Shown here piece by piece: positions 1 to 9,694 of a stretch of DNA of 26,248 nt (positions within the stretch are counted from its first letter, which is position 1; each line of letters begins with the position of its first letter). The notes under the pieces were generated by a model that was given only the letters and a program-made list of their open reading frames with translations, searched no databases and had not been told where the DNA came from. Location: assembly GCA_903911145.1 (NCBI GenBank), contig CAIWCD010000014.1, positions 248,001-274,248 on the forward strand. The letters are read 5' to 3'. Origin of the DNA: an uncultured delta proteobacterium. GTDB lineage: Bacteria; Myxococcota; Myxococcia; Myxococcales; 40CM-4-68-19. The translations under genes were made by a program, and so were the position numbers.

Positions 1-1
1 G

Positions 2-1753
2 ACGACGTCGGATGAACTCGAAGCGCTGGCCATTCGCAATACCGATCGCGCTGCGGGCCGATATGGGCTCGCCTATGAGGCCAACGATTTCTTTCATCAC
101 GCCGCCTGGCTGCACGGATATGGCGGGCAGATCTTCGCGGAGCCCACGCATCGTCCGCAGCTTGACTCCTCGCAGGCGATCGCGGCGCTCGCGTTTGTCC
201 GCCACCTCGCGCTCGAGGACCGCGCGTTGCCGGAGGAGCCGAGCGGGACACTGGTGGCGCAGTTGTTTAATGCGGGTAAGGCCGCGATGGTGATTAACGG
301 GCCCTGGTTTGCTGGCGAAGTGCAGGGCGTTTCCTATGGCATTGCGCCGCTGCCGATTGTATCGGCGACCGGGCTTCCAGCGGCGCCATTGCTCACCGTG
401 GAAGCCGCGTTGGTATCAAGTCGCTCGCCAGTTCAGGCCGGCGCGAAGGCCCTCGCGCGCTTTCTCGTTTCAACCGAGGGTGCCGCGCTGCGCGCGCGGG
501 TGGGTCGGCAGGTCGTCGCGACCCGCTCGGCTTATACCTTCCCGGATATTGGAAATGATCCGCTCCTGACCGCCTTCCGCGCCGCTTCCGAGAAGGCGGT
601 GCCGATGGACAACAGCCCTGCAATGCTCTCGGTCTGGGAACCGGAGAAGCGTGCTCTCGTCTCGGTGCTCAGTGGAGCGAATAGCCCGACCGCGGCGTTG
701 GCGCAGGCGCAGCGGCGCATGCTTGCGATGACGCGAATATCGCCGCCTGTGCAGTCCCCGTGGCCCTATGCGGCGATTGCCGCGATGATTTCGATTGCCT
801 GGCTTGCGTGGCGCCGACGACTGTCGTTGAAGCGCGTGACCGCGCGCGTGTCGACCCGGCGCGGAGAGTTGATGCGCGCGATCCTCTATTGCGCGCCCGC
901 TGCCTCCTCGATTCTCGTCCTCGTGCTGGTCCCGTTCGCCATCGGCATCGGGCTTTCGTTCTTCCATCGCGCAGACGGGCATTACACGTTTGTCGGCCTC
1001 GCCAACTTCATCGATATCCTCGCATCGCGCGACTATCGCGTCAGCGAGCCGATGAGCTTCTGGTTCACGCTCGCGGTGACACTGCTCTGGACCGTCGTGA
1101 ATGTCGCGTTCCACGTCTCCATCGGGCTCGGGCTTGCGCTCCTCTTGAAGAATCCGCTGCTGCGCTTCAAAGGGGTCTATCGCGTCCTCCTGGTTATTCC
1201 CTGGGCCATCCCGAACTACATCACTGCGCTGGTGTGGAAGGGAATGTTCCATCGCCAGTTCGGCGCGATCAGCGCGCTCTTGTCGGCGCTCCATATCCAG
1301 CCGGTATCCTGGTTCACCGGGTTCTCGACCGCCTTCGCGGCCAATGTCATGACCAATACCTGGCTTGGGTTTCCCTTCATGATGGTGGTCGCGCTGGGCG
1401 CGCTGCAGAGCATTCCGCAGGATCTCTATGAGGCCGCTGATGTCGACGGCGCCTCGGCCTGGGCGCAGTTCCGCCACATCACGCTGCCGCTGCTCAAGCC
1501 TGCGCTGCTCCCCGCGATCATCCTCGGCGCGGTGTGGACGTTTAATATGTTCAACATTGTCTATCTCGTCTCGGGCGGCGAGCCCGGTGGTTCAACCGAT
1601 ATCCTCGTCTCCGAGGCTTATCGTTGGGCATTCCAACGCAATGAGCAGTTCGGATTTGCCGCGGCCTATTCCACTCTCATCTTCCTCTTCCTGCTCGGTT
1701 GGTCGGCGATCAGCCGGCGAATCGCCCGCGAGCAACCGTTGGAGAACGCATGA
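2..1753 (+). CDS. malF: Sugar ABC transporter: MalE-like solute-binding domain fused to MalF-like permease (5'-truncated by window)
   Basis: Frame 2 is open from base 2 (TTSDELEALA...RYGLAYEANDFFHHAAWLHGYGGQIF...) into the 227..1753 ORF. SBP family 1 motifs are FNAGKAAMVINGPW and PMDNSPAMLSVW. These are followed by TM helices and the CUT1 permease EAA loop (LQSIPQDLYEAADVDGASAWAQFRHITLPLL). Confidence 0.9.
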   Translation, partial: TTSDELEALAIRNTDRAAGRYGLAYEANDFFHHAAWLHGYGGQIFAEPTHRPQLDSSQAIAALAFVRHLALEDRALPEEPSGTLVAQLFNAGKAAMVINGPWFAGEVQGVSYGIAPLPIVSATGLPAAPLLTVEAALVSSRSPVQAGAKALARFLVSTEGAALRARVGRQVVATRSAYTFPDIGNDPLLTAFRAASEKAVPMDNSPAMLSVWEPEKRALVSVLSGANSPTAALAQAQRRMLAMTRISPPVQSPWPYAAIAAMISIAWLAWRRRLSLKRVTARVSTRRGELMRAILYCAPAASSILVLVLVPFAIGIGLSFFHRADGHYTFVGLANFIDILASRDYRVSEPMSFWFTLAVTLLWTVVNVAFHVSIGLGLALLLKNPLLRFKGVYRVLLVIPWAIPNYITALVWKGMFHRQFGAISALLSALHIQPVSWFTGFSTAFAANVMTNTWLGFPFMMVVALGALQSIPQDLYEAADVDGASAWAQFRHITLPLLKPALLPAIILGAVWTFNMFNIVYLVSGGEPGGSTDILVSEAYRWAFQRNEQFGFAAAYSTLIFLFLLGWSAISRRIAREQPLENA

Positions 1754-2604
1754 GCCGCGTGAAGCAGCGTCCCGGCGCGCTGGCTGTCCACCTGTTATTG
1801 ATTCCCGTCTGCGCGCTGACGCTCTATCCGGTGCTCTGGGTGATTGGCCTGGCATTAACGCCACACTCGGCCCATCTCTCCGCCGGGCTCTGGCCGCTGC
1901 CTGCACACGCAAGCCTGATCCATGTGCGCGAGCTGCTCTCCTCCCGCAATTCCAGCGGCGAGCTGATCTTCATCCGCCAGTTGATCAACAGCCTGGTCGT
2001 GGCGACCGCGACCACGGCGGTCGGCGTGACGTTGTCGGTAACGGCGGCCTTCGCGCTATCCCGCTTTTCCTTTCCCGGTCGCCAACTGGGAATGAGCACG
2101 CTGCTGGCGACGCAGATGTTCCCAGCGACGATGATGTCAGTGCCGCTCTATGCAATCCTCAATCGCCTGCACCTGCTTGATAGTCTCGCGGGATTAACCA
2201 TCGTCTATGCGACGACCGCGATTCCCTTCTGTGTCTGGATGCTCAAGGGATACTTCGATACCATTCCCCGCGAACTCGAAGAGGCGGCGCTGGTGGATGG
2301 CGCGACGCAGGGGCAGATTTTTCTGCGCGTCGTCCTTCCTCTTGCGCGGCCCGCGCTGGCAGTGACTGCGCTCTTCTCGTTCATGACGGCGTGGAATGAG
2401 TTTGTTCTCGCCGCGACATTTATCGACGACCAGACGCGCTTCACCTTGCCGGTCGCGTTGCAGCGATTGGTTGGCGAATACCAGACCGAATGGGGCCAGT
2501 TCGCGGCCGGCGCGCTGCTCGTCTCCGCTCCGGTCATGCTGGTCTTTTTTGCGCTGCAGAAGCATCTTGTCGGCGGGCTGACTGCTGGAGGAGTTAAGGG
2601 ATGA
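1750..2604 (+). CDS. malG: Sugar ABC transporter permease, MalG-like
   Basis: ATG at 1750 overlaps the upstream stop (ATGA). EAA motif FDTIPRELEEAALVDGA, AWNEF motif and C-terminal GLTAGGVKG are typical of MalG. Confidence 0.9.
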   Translation: MSRVKQRPGALAVHLLLIPVCALTLYPVLWVIGLALTPHSAHLSAGLWPLPAHASLIHVRELLSSRNSSGELIFIRQLINSLVVATATTAVGVTLSVTAAFALSRFSFPGRQLGMSTLLATQMFPATMMSVPLYAILNRLHLLDSLAGLTIVYATTAIPFCVWMLKGYFDTIPRELEEAALVDGATQGQIFLRVVLPLARPALAVTALFSFMTAWNEFVLAATFIDDQTRFTLPVALQRLVGEYQTEWGQFAAGALLVSAPVMLVFFALQKHLVGGLTAGGVKG

Positions 2605-4556
2605 GACGCGCAATTGCAATTTCGGCACTCTGCGTATTGGTCGTCTCGTGCAGTCGCGATCTCGACTTCCCAGCGACACTGCAACTGGGGAATAGCTGCG
2701 CAGAAAATGGGCGGTGCGCGAGCAATGCCTGCGTGGATGGTGTCTGCTGCGAGGCTCCTTGCGCGACGAACGAGACCTGTGCGAGGCCGGGGGCGCAAGG
2801 GCATTGCGAGCCGAAGCAACTCGGCGATGCCTGCGCAAGTGCAGCGAACTGCCCGGGCGGCGCTTATTGCGTAACGAACTATGCGGCAATCGCGCTCGAC
2901 GGCGGGAGTGGCGACGGAGGCGCGCCGGGAGTCTGCTGCGATACCGCGTGCGACGGCGGGTGCATGACCTGCACGGCGGCGTCCGGTCCTCCTGGGACCT
3001 GCGTGCCGCAGGCGGATAACCAGGACGAGAGGAACTATTGCGGATACTGCAATGCCTGTTTCGATGGCGCATGCGCGCCTGCTGTTGCCGGGACGAATCC
3101 GAATGCGTCGTCGTGCAGCGACGGTAGGGTCTGCAACATGGATCAGTTCTGCGCGGTCGCTCTCGGATTGACTTGCCAACAGGACATTGATTGCGCCGTC
3201 GGGAATTGCCTGTTGGGCAGCTGCGTCGAGATATTGCGCGAAGAGGTCTGGTCGCCGCAGATGTCGCAGCTGGCCGATAACCGAATTGCGATGGGTCTCG
3301 CGCAGAGTGTGAGCGGCTCGATCGCGGTACTCTATGCAGAGCAGACGGTTACGCCGGGGCAGGGCGACACAGCACCCGACCCGAGAGAAAATGACGCGTG
3401 GTTGGCCGGTCGCAGCGCCGATGGAGGCTGGAGCGCTGCCCCTCTGTTTCGGGATCTTGCCTTCTATTGGAATTGGACTCCTCCGTATCCGCCCGTCAAC
3501 GCGGCGGTCGAATCTATCGGCGATTCATTTGTCGTCGTCGGGTCCTCGTGGAGTGCCGAGGGCGTCGATGGTTTTGGCTGCGCAGCGAGCGCGGATGCTG
3601 GAAGCGCAGTCGGCGCGTTGCCGTGTGGTGTCGTCTTTTGGCTGGTTGCCCCGAGCGGTCAACTCAGCGCGCTTCACGCGCTGGATGGCAATGTGCGGAC
3701 CATCGGTCATATCGAGCTGCATCGTCCCGGGCCAGGGCGCATCGTTGCGTTCTATTCGGCTGCGGAGGCAAGCGCGACAGAAGCGAGGCCCGCCCGTTCT
3801 GTGTTTGTCCAGGCAGGAGCTCCGAGAACGGATGGCGGAGTCGGCTGGTCGCCAATTGGGTCTGTCGAGGTGAGCGACGGCGGAAATGGCTCTGCGTATT
3901 GGGGTGCGACGGTGCTCGGGGACTCCGCCTATGTGTTCGACGCCGACTCCAACAGCGATGCGGATACGATTCCATTACAGACGCACCGCATCGCCGAAGG
4001 AAACGTATTCCCTGAGGACAGCTATTTGTTGGATGGAACGCTATGCGGCGCAGCCGCCGTGATTTCGATTTCAGTCGTGCCGCTGGATGCCGATTCCGGT
4101 GGTGGTCATTCGACGATCTTGCTCTCGGTGAGTTGCCGGCAAGCTGGCGTCATGATGATGGCCCCTCTGCTGTTGCGATATGACCCCGACGCACCGACTG
4201 GCTCGCAGTTTCAGGCCCTGTTCGCAGCATCTGCCAGCGATGCTGGGCATGTGGAGTTGCACCCTGCTGGTCGATATGTTTCCGACGGAGGCGCATTCGA
4301 CGCCTTTCTTGCGGCTGGGAAATATGACAACGACCCGAACCAATATCAGCTCGAGCTTGGCTCAATCAGTGAATCGACCGGTGCCTTGTCGTCGATGCCG
4401 ATCTGGACGCCTCTGGGCGCGAGTGATCTCGGCAGTCTGAGCGCGGGAATGATCGATGGGATGCCCGCCGCGGAGGTGATCAGCGGCACGCAGGGCGTGG
4501 ATTTCGGCAGCAGCGCATCCGCGACACAGATCGAGCTCGTGCGGTTCGCCCACTAA
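2601..4556 (+). CDS. Cys-rich putative lipoprotein with a large C-terminal domain (probably beta-rich), function unknown
   Basis: ATGA overlap with malG and GGAGGA upstream. Signal peptide with lipobox VVSC. 28 Cys follow the lipobox within the first ~210 aa, including GVCCxxxC motifs. Confidence 0.8.
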   Translation: MRRAIAISALCVLVVSCSRDLDFPATLQLGNSCAENGRCASNACVDGVCCEAPCATNETCARPGAQGHCEPKQLGDACASAANCPGGAYCVTNYAAIALDGGSGDGGAPGVCCDTACDGGCMTCTAASGPPGTCVPQADNQDERNYCGYCNACFDGACAPAVAGTNPNASSCSDGRVCNMDQFCAVALGLTCQQDIDCAVGNCLLGSCVEILREEVWSPQMSQLADNRIAMGLAQSVSGSIAVLYAEQTVTPGQGDTAPDPRENDAWLAGRSADGGWSAAPLFRDLAFYWNWTPPYPPVNAAVESIGDSFVVVGSSWSAEGVDGFGCAASADAGSAVGALPCGVVFWLVAPSGQLSALHALDGNVRTIGHIELHRPGPGRIVAFYSAAEASATEARPARSVFVQAGAPRTDGGVGWSPIGSVEVSDGGNGSAYWGATVLGDSAYVFDADSNSDADTIPLQTHRIAEGNVFPEDSYLLDGTLCGAAAVISISVVPLDADSGGGHSTILLSVSCRQAGVMMMAPLLLRYDPDAPTGSQFQALFAASASDAGHVELHPAGRYVSDGGAFDAFLAAGKYDNDPNQYQLELGSISESTGALSSMPIWTPLGASDLGSLSAGMIDGMPAAEVISGTQGVDFGSSASATQIELVRFAH

Positions 4557-4610
4557 TCATCAGGCGCCGGGCGCGCAACACGCGCACGTCCCGCGCTCGC
4601 TTCGATTCGC

Positions 4611-7553
4611 TTATCGCCCGGCCGCCGCACGCCCGCGCTGCAATACTTTCGCGAGATATTGCCCCGTATAGCTCGCCTTCACGCGAGCGACTTCCTCCGG
4701 CGTCCCCGTCGCGACGATCAAGCCGCCCTTGTCGCCACCCTCAGGCCCGACGTCGATGACGTAATCGGCGCACTTGATGACGTCGAGATTATGCTCGATC
4801 ACCAGCACGGTATTGCCCGCGTCGACGAGCCGCTCGAGCACGATCAACAAGCGTCGGATATCCTCGAAATGCAGACCCGTCGTCGGCTCGTCGAGCACAT
4901 AGAGCGTGCGTCCCGTGTCGGTGCGGGCGAGTTCGCGCGAGAGCTTGATGCGCTGGGCCTCGCCGCCGGAGAGAGTCGGCGAGGGCTGGCCGAGCTTGAC
5001 GTAGCCGAGGCCGACGTCGTCGAGCGTCTTCAATACCCGCACGATCTCCTTATGCACCGCGAACAACTCGATCGCTTCACGCACGGAGAGGTCGAGCACC
5101 TGAGCGATATTCAGACCCTTGAACGTCACGCGCAGCGTGGCGTCATTGAATCGCTTTCCCTGGCAGACCTCGCACGGCACATAGACGTCGGCGAGGAAGT
5201 GCATCTCGACGACCTTCATACCGTCGCCTTCGCACGCCTCGCAGCGGCCGCCCTTGACGTTGAAGGAGAACCGTCCCGGTTCATATCCATACGCGCGCGC
5301 TTCGGGCGTGCGCGCGAAGACGTCGCGAATCGAATCAAATACCTTCGTATAGGTCGCTGGATTGCTCCGCGGCGTGCGGCCGATCGGCTTCTGATCGATA
5401 TCAATGACCTTGTCGAGATGCTCGATCCCCGAGAGCGCCTTATAGGTTCCGGGCGTATCGCGGGAGCCATAGAGCGCGCGAGACAGGGCAGGGTAGAGCA
5501 CCCGATTAATCAACGTCGATTTACCTGCGCCGGAAACTCCGGTCACAGCGGTAAACGCGCCGAGCGGGATCTCGACGTCGACGTTCTTCAAATTATTCGC
5601 CGAGGCGCCATGCAGCGAGATGTGCAGGCCATTCCCGCGCCGCCGGCGGTCGGGGATTTCAATCCGCTTGCGACCGGAGAGATATCCGCCCGTGAGCGAC
5701 TTGGGATTCTTCATCACCTCGGCGGGCGTACCCGCTGCGACGATCTCGCCGCCGAGTTCACCAGCGCCAGGCCCGAAGTCGACCAGCCAATCGGCCTCGA
5801 CCATCGTCTCCTCGTCATGCTCGACGACAATCACGCTGTTGCCGAGGTCGCGCAGCCGCTGCAGCGTCGCGAGCAGGCGCGCGTTGTCGCGCTGGTGCAA
5901 TCCAATCGACGGCTCGTCGAGGATATAGATGACGCCGGTCAATTCGGAACCCATCTGCGAAGCGAGGCGGATGCGCTGCGACTCGCCGCCCGAGAGCGTC
6001 GGGCCCGGACGGTCGAGCGTCAGATAAGACAAGCCGACGTCGAGGAGGAAGTTGAGGCGATTGCCGATCTCCTTGAGCAGCTCGCTGGCGACCACCTTGT
6101 CGTTGCCGACCAGGGGCAGGCTGTTCATGAACTCGGAGGCCGCGTCGATCGTCATGTGCGAGACGTCGACGACGCTCTTCTCGTGAATGCGCACCGCGCG
6201 GCTCTCGGGCCGCAGACGCTCGCCATTGCACGCCGAGCAGGGCCTATCGGAGAAGTATCGGAGGTAATGCTTGCGCATGCTCTCCGAGGTCGTCTCCTTG
6301 AAGCGCCGCATCAGCATGGGAATGATTCCCTCGAATGCCGTGCGATAGGTCCCGGAGCGTCCGCCTTCGCTCCATTTGATGTTCATCGTCTCGTCGCCGG
6401 AGCCTTGCAGCAGCAGCTCCTTCGTCTCCTTCGGCAGGTCGCGCCAGGGCTTGTCGAGAGGGACCTTGAACGACTGCGAGAGCGACTCGATCATGCGGAA
6501 CGTCCAGCCGCCGCCCTTCTCGAGCGCATGCGTCCACGGCTCGATCGCGCCGCCGCGGATCGTCTTGGTCTGATCGGGAACGACGAGGTCCGCGTCCATC
6601 TCCGGGCGCACGCCGAGGCCGTTGCACTCCTGGCACATGCCGATCGGGTTGTTGAACGAGAAGCTCGACGGCTGCAGCTCGGGAAATCCAATTCCGCAGA
6701 CGGGGCAGGCGAGGTGCTCGCTGTAGATGGTGTGCGTCTCGCCTTCGGTCGCGCTCTTGCCTCCGCGACTCGTGCTCGGCAGGGTCGTGAGCGCGTGCAG
6801 CAGCCCCTTGCCCTCGCGCAGCGCCGTCTCCACCGAGTCGGTCAGGCGCTTGTCGGTGAGCGGGCGCTCGGCCTCTGCGCCCTTCTTCGTGGAGGTTGCC
6901 GGTGCGGGCTCGCCCGCTTTAATGACCAGCCGGTCAATCACCAGCTCGATGTCGTGCTTCTTCTTCTTATCGAGCTCAATTTCTTCGTCGAGCGCGCGCA
7001 CGACGCCATTGATGCGCACCTTCGAGAAGCCGCGCTTCTGCGCGTCCTGCAGCAACTCCTTGTGCTCTCCCTTTCGATTCTCCACGAGCGGCGCGAGGAT
7101 GGTCAGCTTCGTCCCCTCGGGCAGTCGCGCGAGCTCCTGCGCGATCTGCTGCGCGCTCTGCTTGCCGACGCCGCGGCCGCACTTGAAGCAGCTCTGCTTG
7201 CCGATCGAGGCGTAGAGCACGCGCAGGTAGTCGTGGATCTCGGTGATCGTTCCCACCGTCGAGCGCGGGTTGTTCGAGGCCGCTTTCTGCTCGATGGAGA
7301 TGGTCGGTGACAAGCCGCGGATGACGTCGTAGTGCGGCTTCTCCATCTGCCCGAGAAACTGGCGCGCGTAGGCGGAGAGCGACTCGACGTAGCGCCGCTG
7401 CCCTTCGGCATAGAGGGTGTCGAAGGCGAGCGATGACTTGCCGCTTCCGGAGACGCCGGTGAACACCACCAGCTTCTTCTTGGGGATCTCGAGCGTGATG
7501 CCCTTGAGATTGTGCTCGCGGGCGCCCTTCACCAGAATGAACTCAGGCTCCAT
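4611..7553 (-). CDS. uvrA: Excinuclease ABC subunit A
   Basis: Start [17 protein letters not shown] with AAGGAA upstream. Two Walker A motifs ([16 protein letters not shown]), two LSGGE signatures, LDEP Walker B motifs, CxxC zinc modules and [12 protein letters not shown]. Confidence 0.98.
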   Translation of the reverse strand: MEPEFILVKGAREHNLKGITLEIPKKKLVVFTGVSGSGKSSLAFDTLYAEGQRRYVESLSAYARQFLGQMEKPHYDVIRGLSPTISIEQKAASNNPRSTVGTITEIHDYLRVLYASIGKQSCFKCGRGVGKQSAQQIAQELARLPEGTKLTILAPLVENRKGEHKELLQDAQKRGFSKVRINGVVRALDEEIELDKKKKHDIELVIDRLVIKAGEPAPATSTKKGAEAERPLTDKRLTDSVETALREGKGLLHALTTLPSTSRGGKSATEGETHTIYSEHLACPVCGIGFPELQPSSFSFNNPIGMCQECNGLGVRPEMDADLVVPDQTKTIRGGAIEPWTHALEKGGGWTFRMIESLSQSFKVPLDKPWRDLPKETKELLLQGSGDETMNIKWSEGGRSGTYRTAFEGIIPMLMRRFKETTSESMRKHYLRYFSDRPCSACNGERLRPESRAVRIHEKSVVDVSHMTIDAASEFMNSLPLVGNDKVVASELLKEIGNRLNFLLDVGLSYLTLDRPGPTLSGGESQRIRLASQMGSELTGVIYILDEPSIGLHQRDNARLLATLQRLRDLGNSVIVVEHDEETMVEADWLVDFGPGAGELGGEIVAAGTPAEVMKNPKSLTGGYLSGRKRIEIPDRRRRGNGLHISLHGASANNLKNVDVEIPLGAFTAVTGVSGAGKSTLINRVLYPALSRALYGSRDTPGTYKALSGIEHLDKVIDIDQKPIGRTPRSNPATYTKVFDSIRDVFARTPEARAYGYEPGRFSFNVKGGRCEACEGDGMKVVEMHFLADVYVPCEVCQGKRFNDATLRVTFKGLNIAQVLDLSVREAIELFAVHKEIVRVLKTLDDVGLGYVKLGQPSPTLSGGEAQRIKLSRELARTDTGRTLYVLDEPTTGLHFEDIRRLLIVLERLVDAGNTVLVIEHNLDVIKCADYVIDVGPEGGDKGGLIVATGTPEEVARVKASYTGQYLAKVLQRGRAAAGR

Positions 7554-7653
7554 CCACCGATTCCTTGAAGAGGGACCGGACAGGATAGGGCCTGAGGGCC
7601 TGCATCTCAAGCGAGAGATTGGGCGGGGGCGTCGATTGCGCTATGACGGCGAG

Positions 7654-8076
7654 ATGAACCGACCGCTTGCGCTCACTCTGCTCGCCCTCGCTGCCTCCTG
7701 TGCTTCAGCTCCCGCGCCGCGCGCTCCTCCGCCACCAGAGCGGGTGCGCGCTCCTCCGCCGAAGCCGAGAGATCCGAACGTGCCGCTGCCGATGCCGGTC
7801 GAGGAGTTCAAGCAGCTCATTCGCGCGATCGATCGGACCGAGAGCGGTGACGCGGGAAAGATCGCGCTGATCCGGGCCGCCGCGGCCGACAACTGGTTCA
7901 TCGTCGGCGAGGTCGCGATGCTGATCGACCACGTCACCTACCGCCAGTCGAAGCTCGATCTTGTGCCCATCCTGAATCCGCGCATCACCGATCGCGATGA
8001 GGCCTATAAGCTGGTCGAGCACTTCACCTATCGCGAGGATAAGGAGAAGGTGCAGCAGCAACTGCTCAGTCATTAG
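7654..8076 (+). CDS. Lipoprotein with Pro-rich linker and DUF4476-like helical domain
   Basis: Start reassigned to ATG 7654 ([16 protein letters not shown], lipobox-like). C-terminal pattern MxxEEFxQL...KxxLI...F...KLDL...L.PRITD..AYKL...FTY.EDKEK resembles DUF4476. Confidence 0.75.
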   Translation: MNRPLALTLLALAASCASAPAPRAPPPPERVRAPPPKPRDPNVPLPMPVEEFKQLIRAIDRTESGDAGKIALIRAAAADNWFIVGEVAMLIDHVTYRQSKLDLVPILNPRITDRDEAYKLVEHFTYREDKEKVQQQLLSH

Positions 8077-9689
8077 CGACGCGTCGCGCGAACGAAGATG
8101 AACAGCAGCGCGGCCAGCGACAGTACTCCCGGCCAATCGCCAAACCGCTCATAGAGCGTCTCTCCGCGAAGCATCGGCACGTCCTGCATTGCGATGCCCC
8201 GCGCATTGAGCGGAATGCTCTGCACCACGCGCCCCATTGAATCGACGAAGGCGCTCACGCCCGTCGAGGTCGCGCGCGCGAGCCAGCGGCGGTGTTCAAT
8301 CGTCCTCATCGCCGCGAGCATTAAATGCTGCTCCTGCTCGTGGCCCGTCCCATACCAACTATCGTTTGTCAGATTGACCAGCAGGTGCGCGCGCTCGCCG
8401 TCATGCTCTTCCATGGTCTGCGCGACCGTGCGGGGCAGAATTCCCTCGTAGCAGATCGAGGTCGCCAGCAGCCACGGTCCTTCGCGCAGCGGCGTCGTGA
8501 CAGTGCCGCGGGTCAGCGCACCGGCCATTGGCGACCATTGATAGAGAATCGGGAAGGTATCGCCGAACGGGATATATTCGCCGAACGCGAGCAGCGCGAT
8601 CTTGTCGTAATGGTCGCCGAACAGCCCATCGGAGTTAATCACCGCGGCGCTGTTCCAGACATTGCGCGTGCCCGGCTGGCCGCGCATTACGCCCGCAACA
8701 ATATTGACCGGGATATGATCTGCAATTGATTTGCCCAGCTCCCGACGCTCGGTGTCGACGAGCTGGAGATTAAACGCCGCTTCGGGCCAGATGACGAGCG
8801 AGGCGCCGCGCACCTGCAGCTCCGCGGTCTGCTCCCAGATCGCGCGCATCGATGCGAACGGGTGCTCGTGCAGTTCGACCTCGCCGACGTTGGGCTGCGC
8901 GAGACCAACCTTCTGCTTCGGCGCCGCCTTCTCCTTCTTCTGCATCTGCGAGATGCGCAGCTCGCCGTACCAGAACGCGCCCAAACAGCAGAAGAGCGCG
9001 ACAATCATCGACGCGAAGGGCAGCGGGGCCGGCCCGGTGACGGTCGGAATCGAATCCTGCTCTGTGTCGATCGTGCTGAGCGCGGCACTTCGGCGCGCGA
9101 GAACCACGAAGAGCAGATCGGCGAGCGCACCGTTCACCACCGCCTGCAGCGCGGTGACCAGGAGCACGCCACCGAGATCGGCGATCTGCACCAGCGGCGC
9201 GACGGGCAGGAGCGAGACGCCGGTGTAGCTCTGGAAGAGCAGCGGATAGACCCACTCGGTTGCGCAGAGCGCGACCGGCACCAGAAGGGCGAGCGGCGCC
9301 GAGCGCGCGCGCAGCCACGCGTGGCGCAGGAGCCAGGCGAAGACGCCGAAGAGAAATCCCTGTGCGGCGCAGATGAGGACGTAGCCGACCACGGCGATCG
9401 GCGTGGGCACGAAGGCGAAGTCCTTCAGCAGATGAATCAGCCAGGTGTAGCCGCCCATATGGGTGATGAGGCCCATGAACGCGCCGCGCCCGAGCGCCTG
9501 GCGGGGCGTGGTGTCGCGAAGGCTGTAGAGCAGGGGCACGAGGCAGATGAAGGCGAGCGGCCAGATGCCGAAGCCGATCCAGGAGAGGAAGTAGAGCACG
9601 CCCGAGAGCGCGGGGAGGGCGCCGATGCGGGCGAGCGCCTGAATCCGCGCGGCCTTGCTGGGCGCGGTCCCTGAAGGTGTCGTGGACAT
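8073..9689 (-). CDS. lnt: Apolipoprotein N-acyltransferase
   Basis: N-terminal multi-TM domain plus a nitrilase-fold domain with E-K-C triad motifs ([25 protein letters not shown]), TNDSWYG and a C-terminal TLYERFGDW plus TM helix. Confidence 0.95.
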   Translation of the reverse strand: MSTTPSGTAPSKAARIQALARIGALPALSGVLYFLSWIGFGIWPLAFICLVPLLYSLRDTTPRQALGRGAFMGLITHMGGYTWLIHLLKDFAFVPTPIAVVGYVLICAAQGFLFGVFAWLLRHAWLRARSAPLALLVPVALCATEWVYPLLFQSYTGVSLLPVAPLVQIADLGGVLLVTALQAVVNGALADLLFVVLARRSAALSTIDTEQDSIPTVTGPAPLPFASMIVALFCCLGAFWYGELRISQMQKKEKAAPKQKVGLAQPNVGEVELHEHPFASMRAIWEQTAELQVRGASLVIWPEAAFNLQLVDTERRELGKSIADHIPVNIVAGVMRGQPGTRNVWNSAAVINSDGLFGDHYDKIALLAFGEYIPFGDTFPILYQWSPMAGALTRGTVTTPLREGPWLLATSICYEGILPRTVAQTMEEHDGERAHLLVNLTNDSWYGTGHEQEQHLMLAAMRTIEHRRWLARATSTGVSAFVDSMGRVVQSIPLNARGIAMQDVPMLRGETLYERFGDWPGVLSLAALLFIFVRATRR

Positions 9690-9694
9690 TCGCT

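Noticed and set aside
4557..4610. Hairpin between convergent genes (GCGCG-CAACA-CGCGC)
   Set aside because: Short stem and no U-tract; cannot support a terminator call.
4659..7310. 883-aa plus-strand ORF
   Set aside because: Antisense shadow of uvrA caused by GC-rich codon bias; no recognisable motifs.
7417..7653. N-terminal extension of the 219-aa ORF
   Set aside because: Overlaps uvrA antisense; the lipoprotein signal peptide starts at ATG 7654.
7554..7653. LexA/SOS box upstream of uvrA
   Set aside because: No match to the E. coli (CTGT-N8-ACAG) or Myxococcus-type (CT…GTTCAG) boxes visible by eye.
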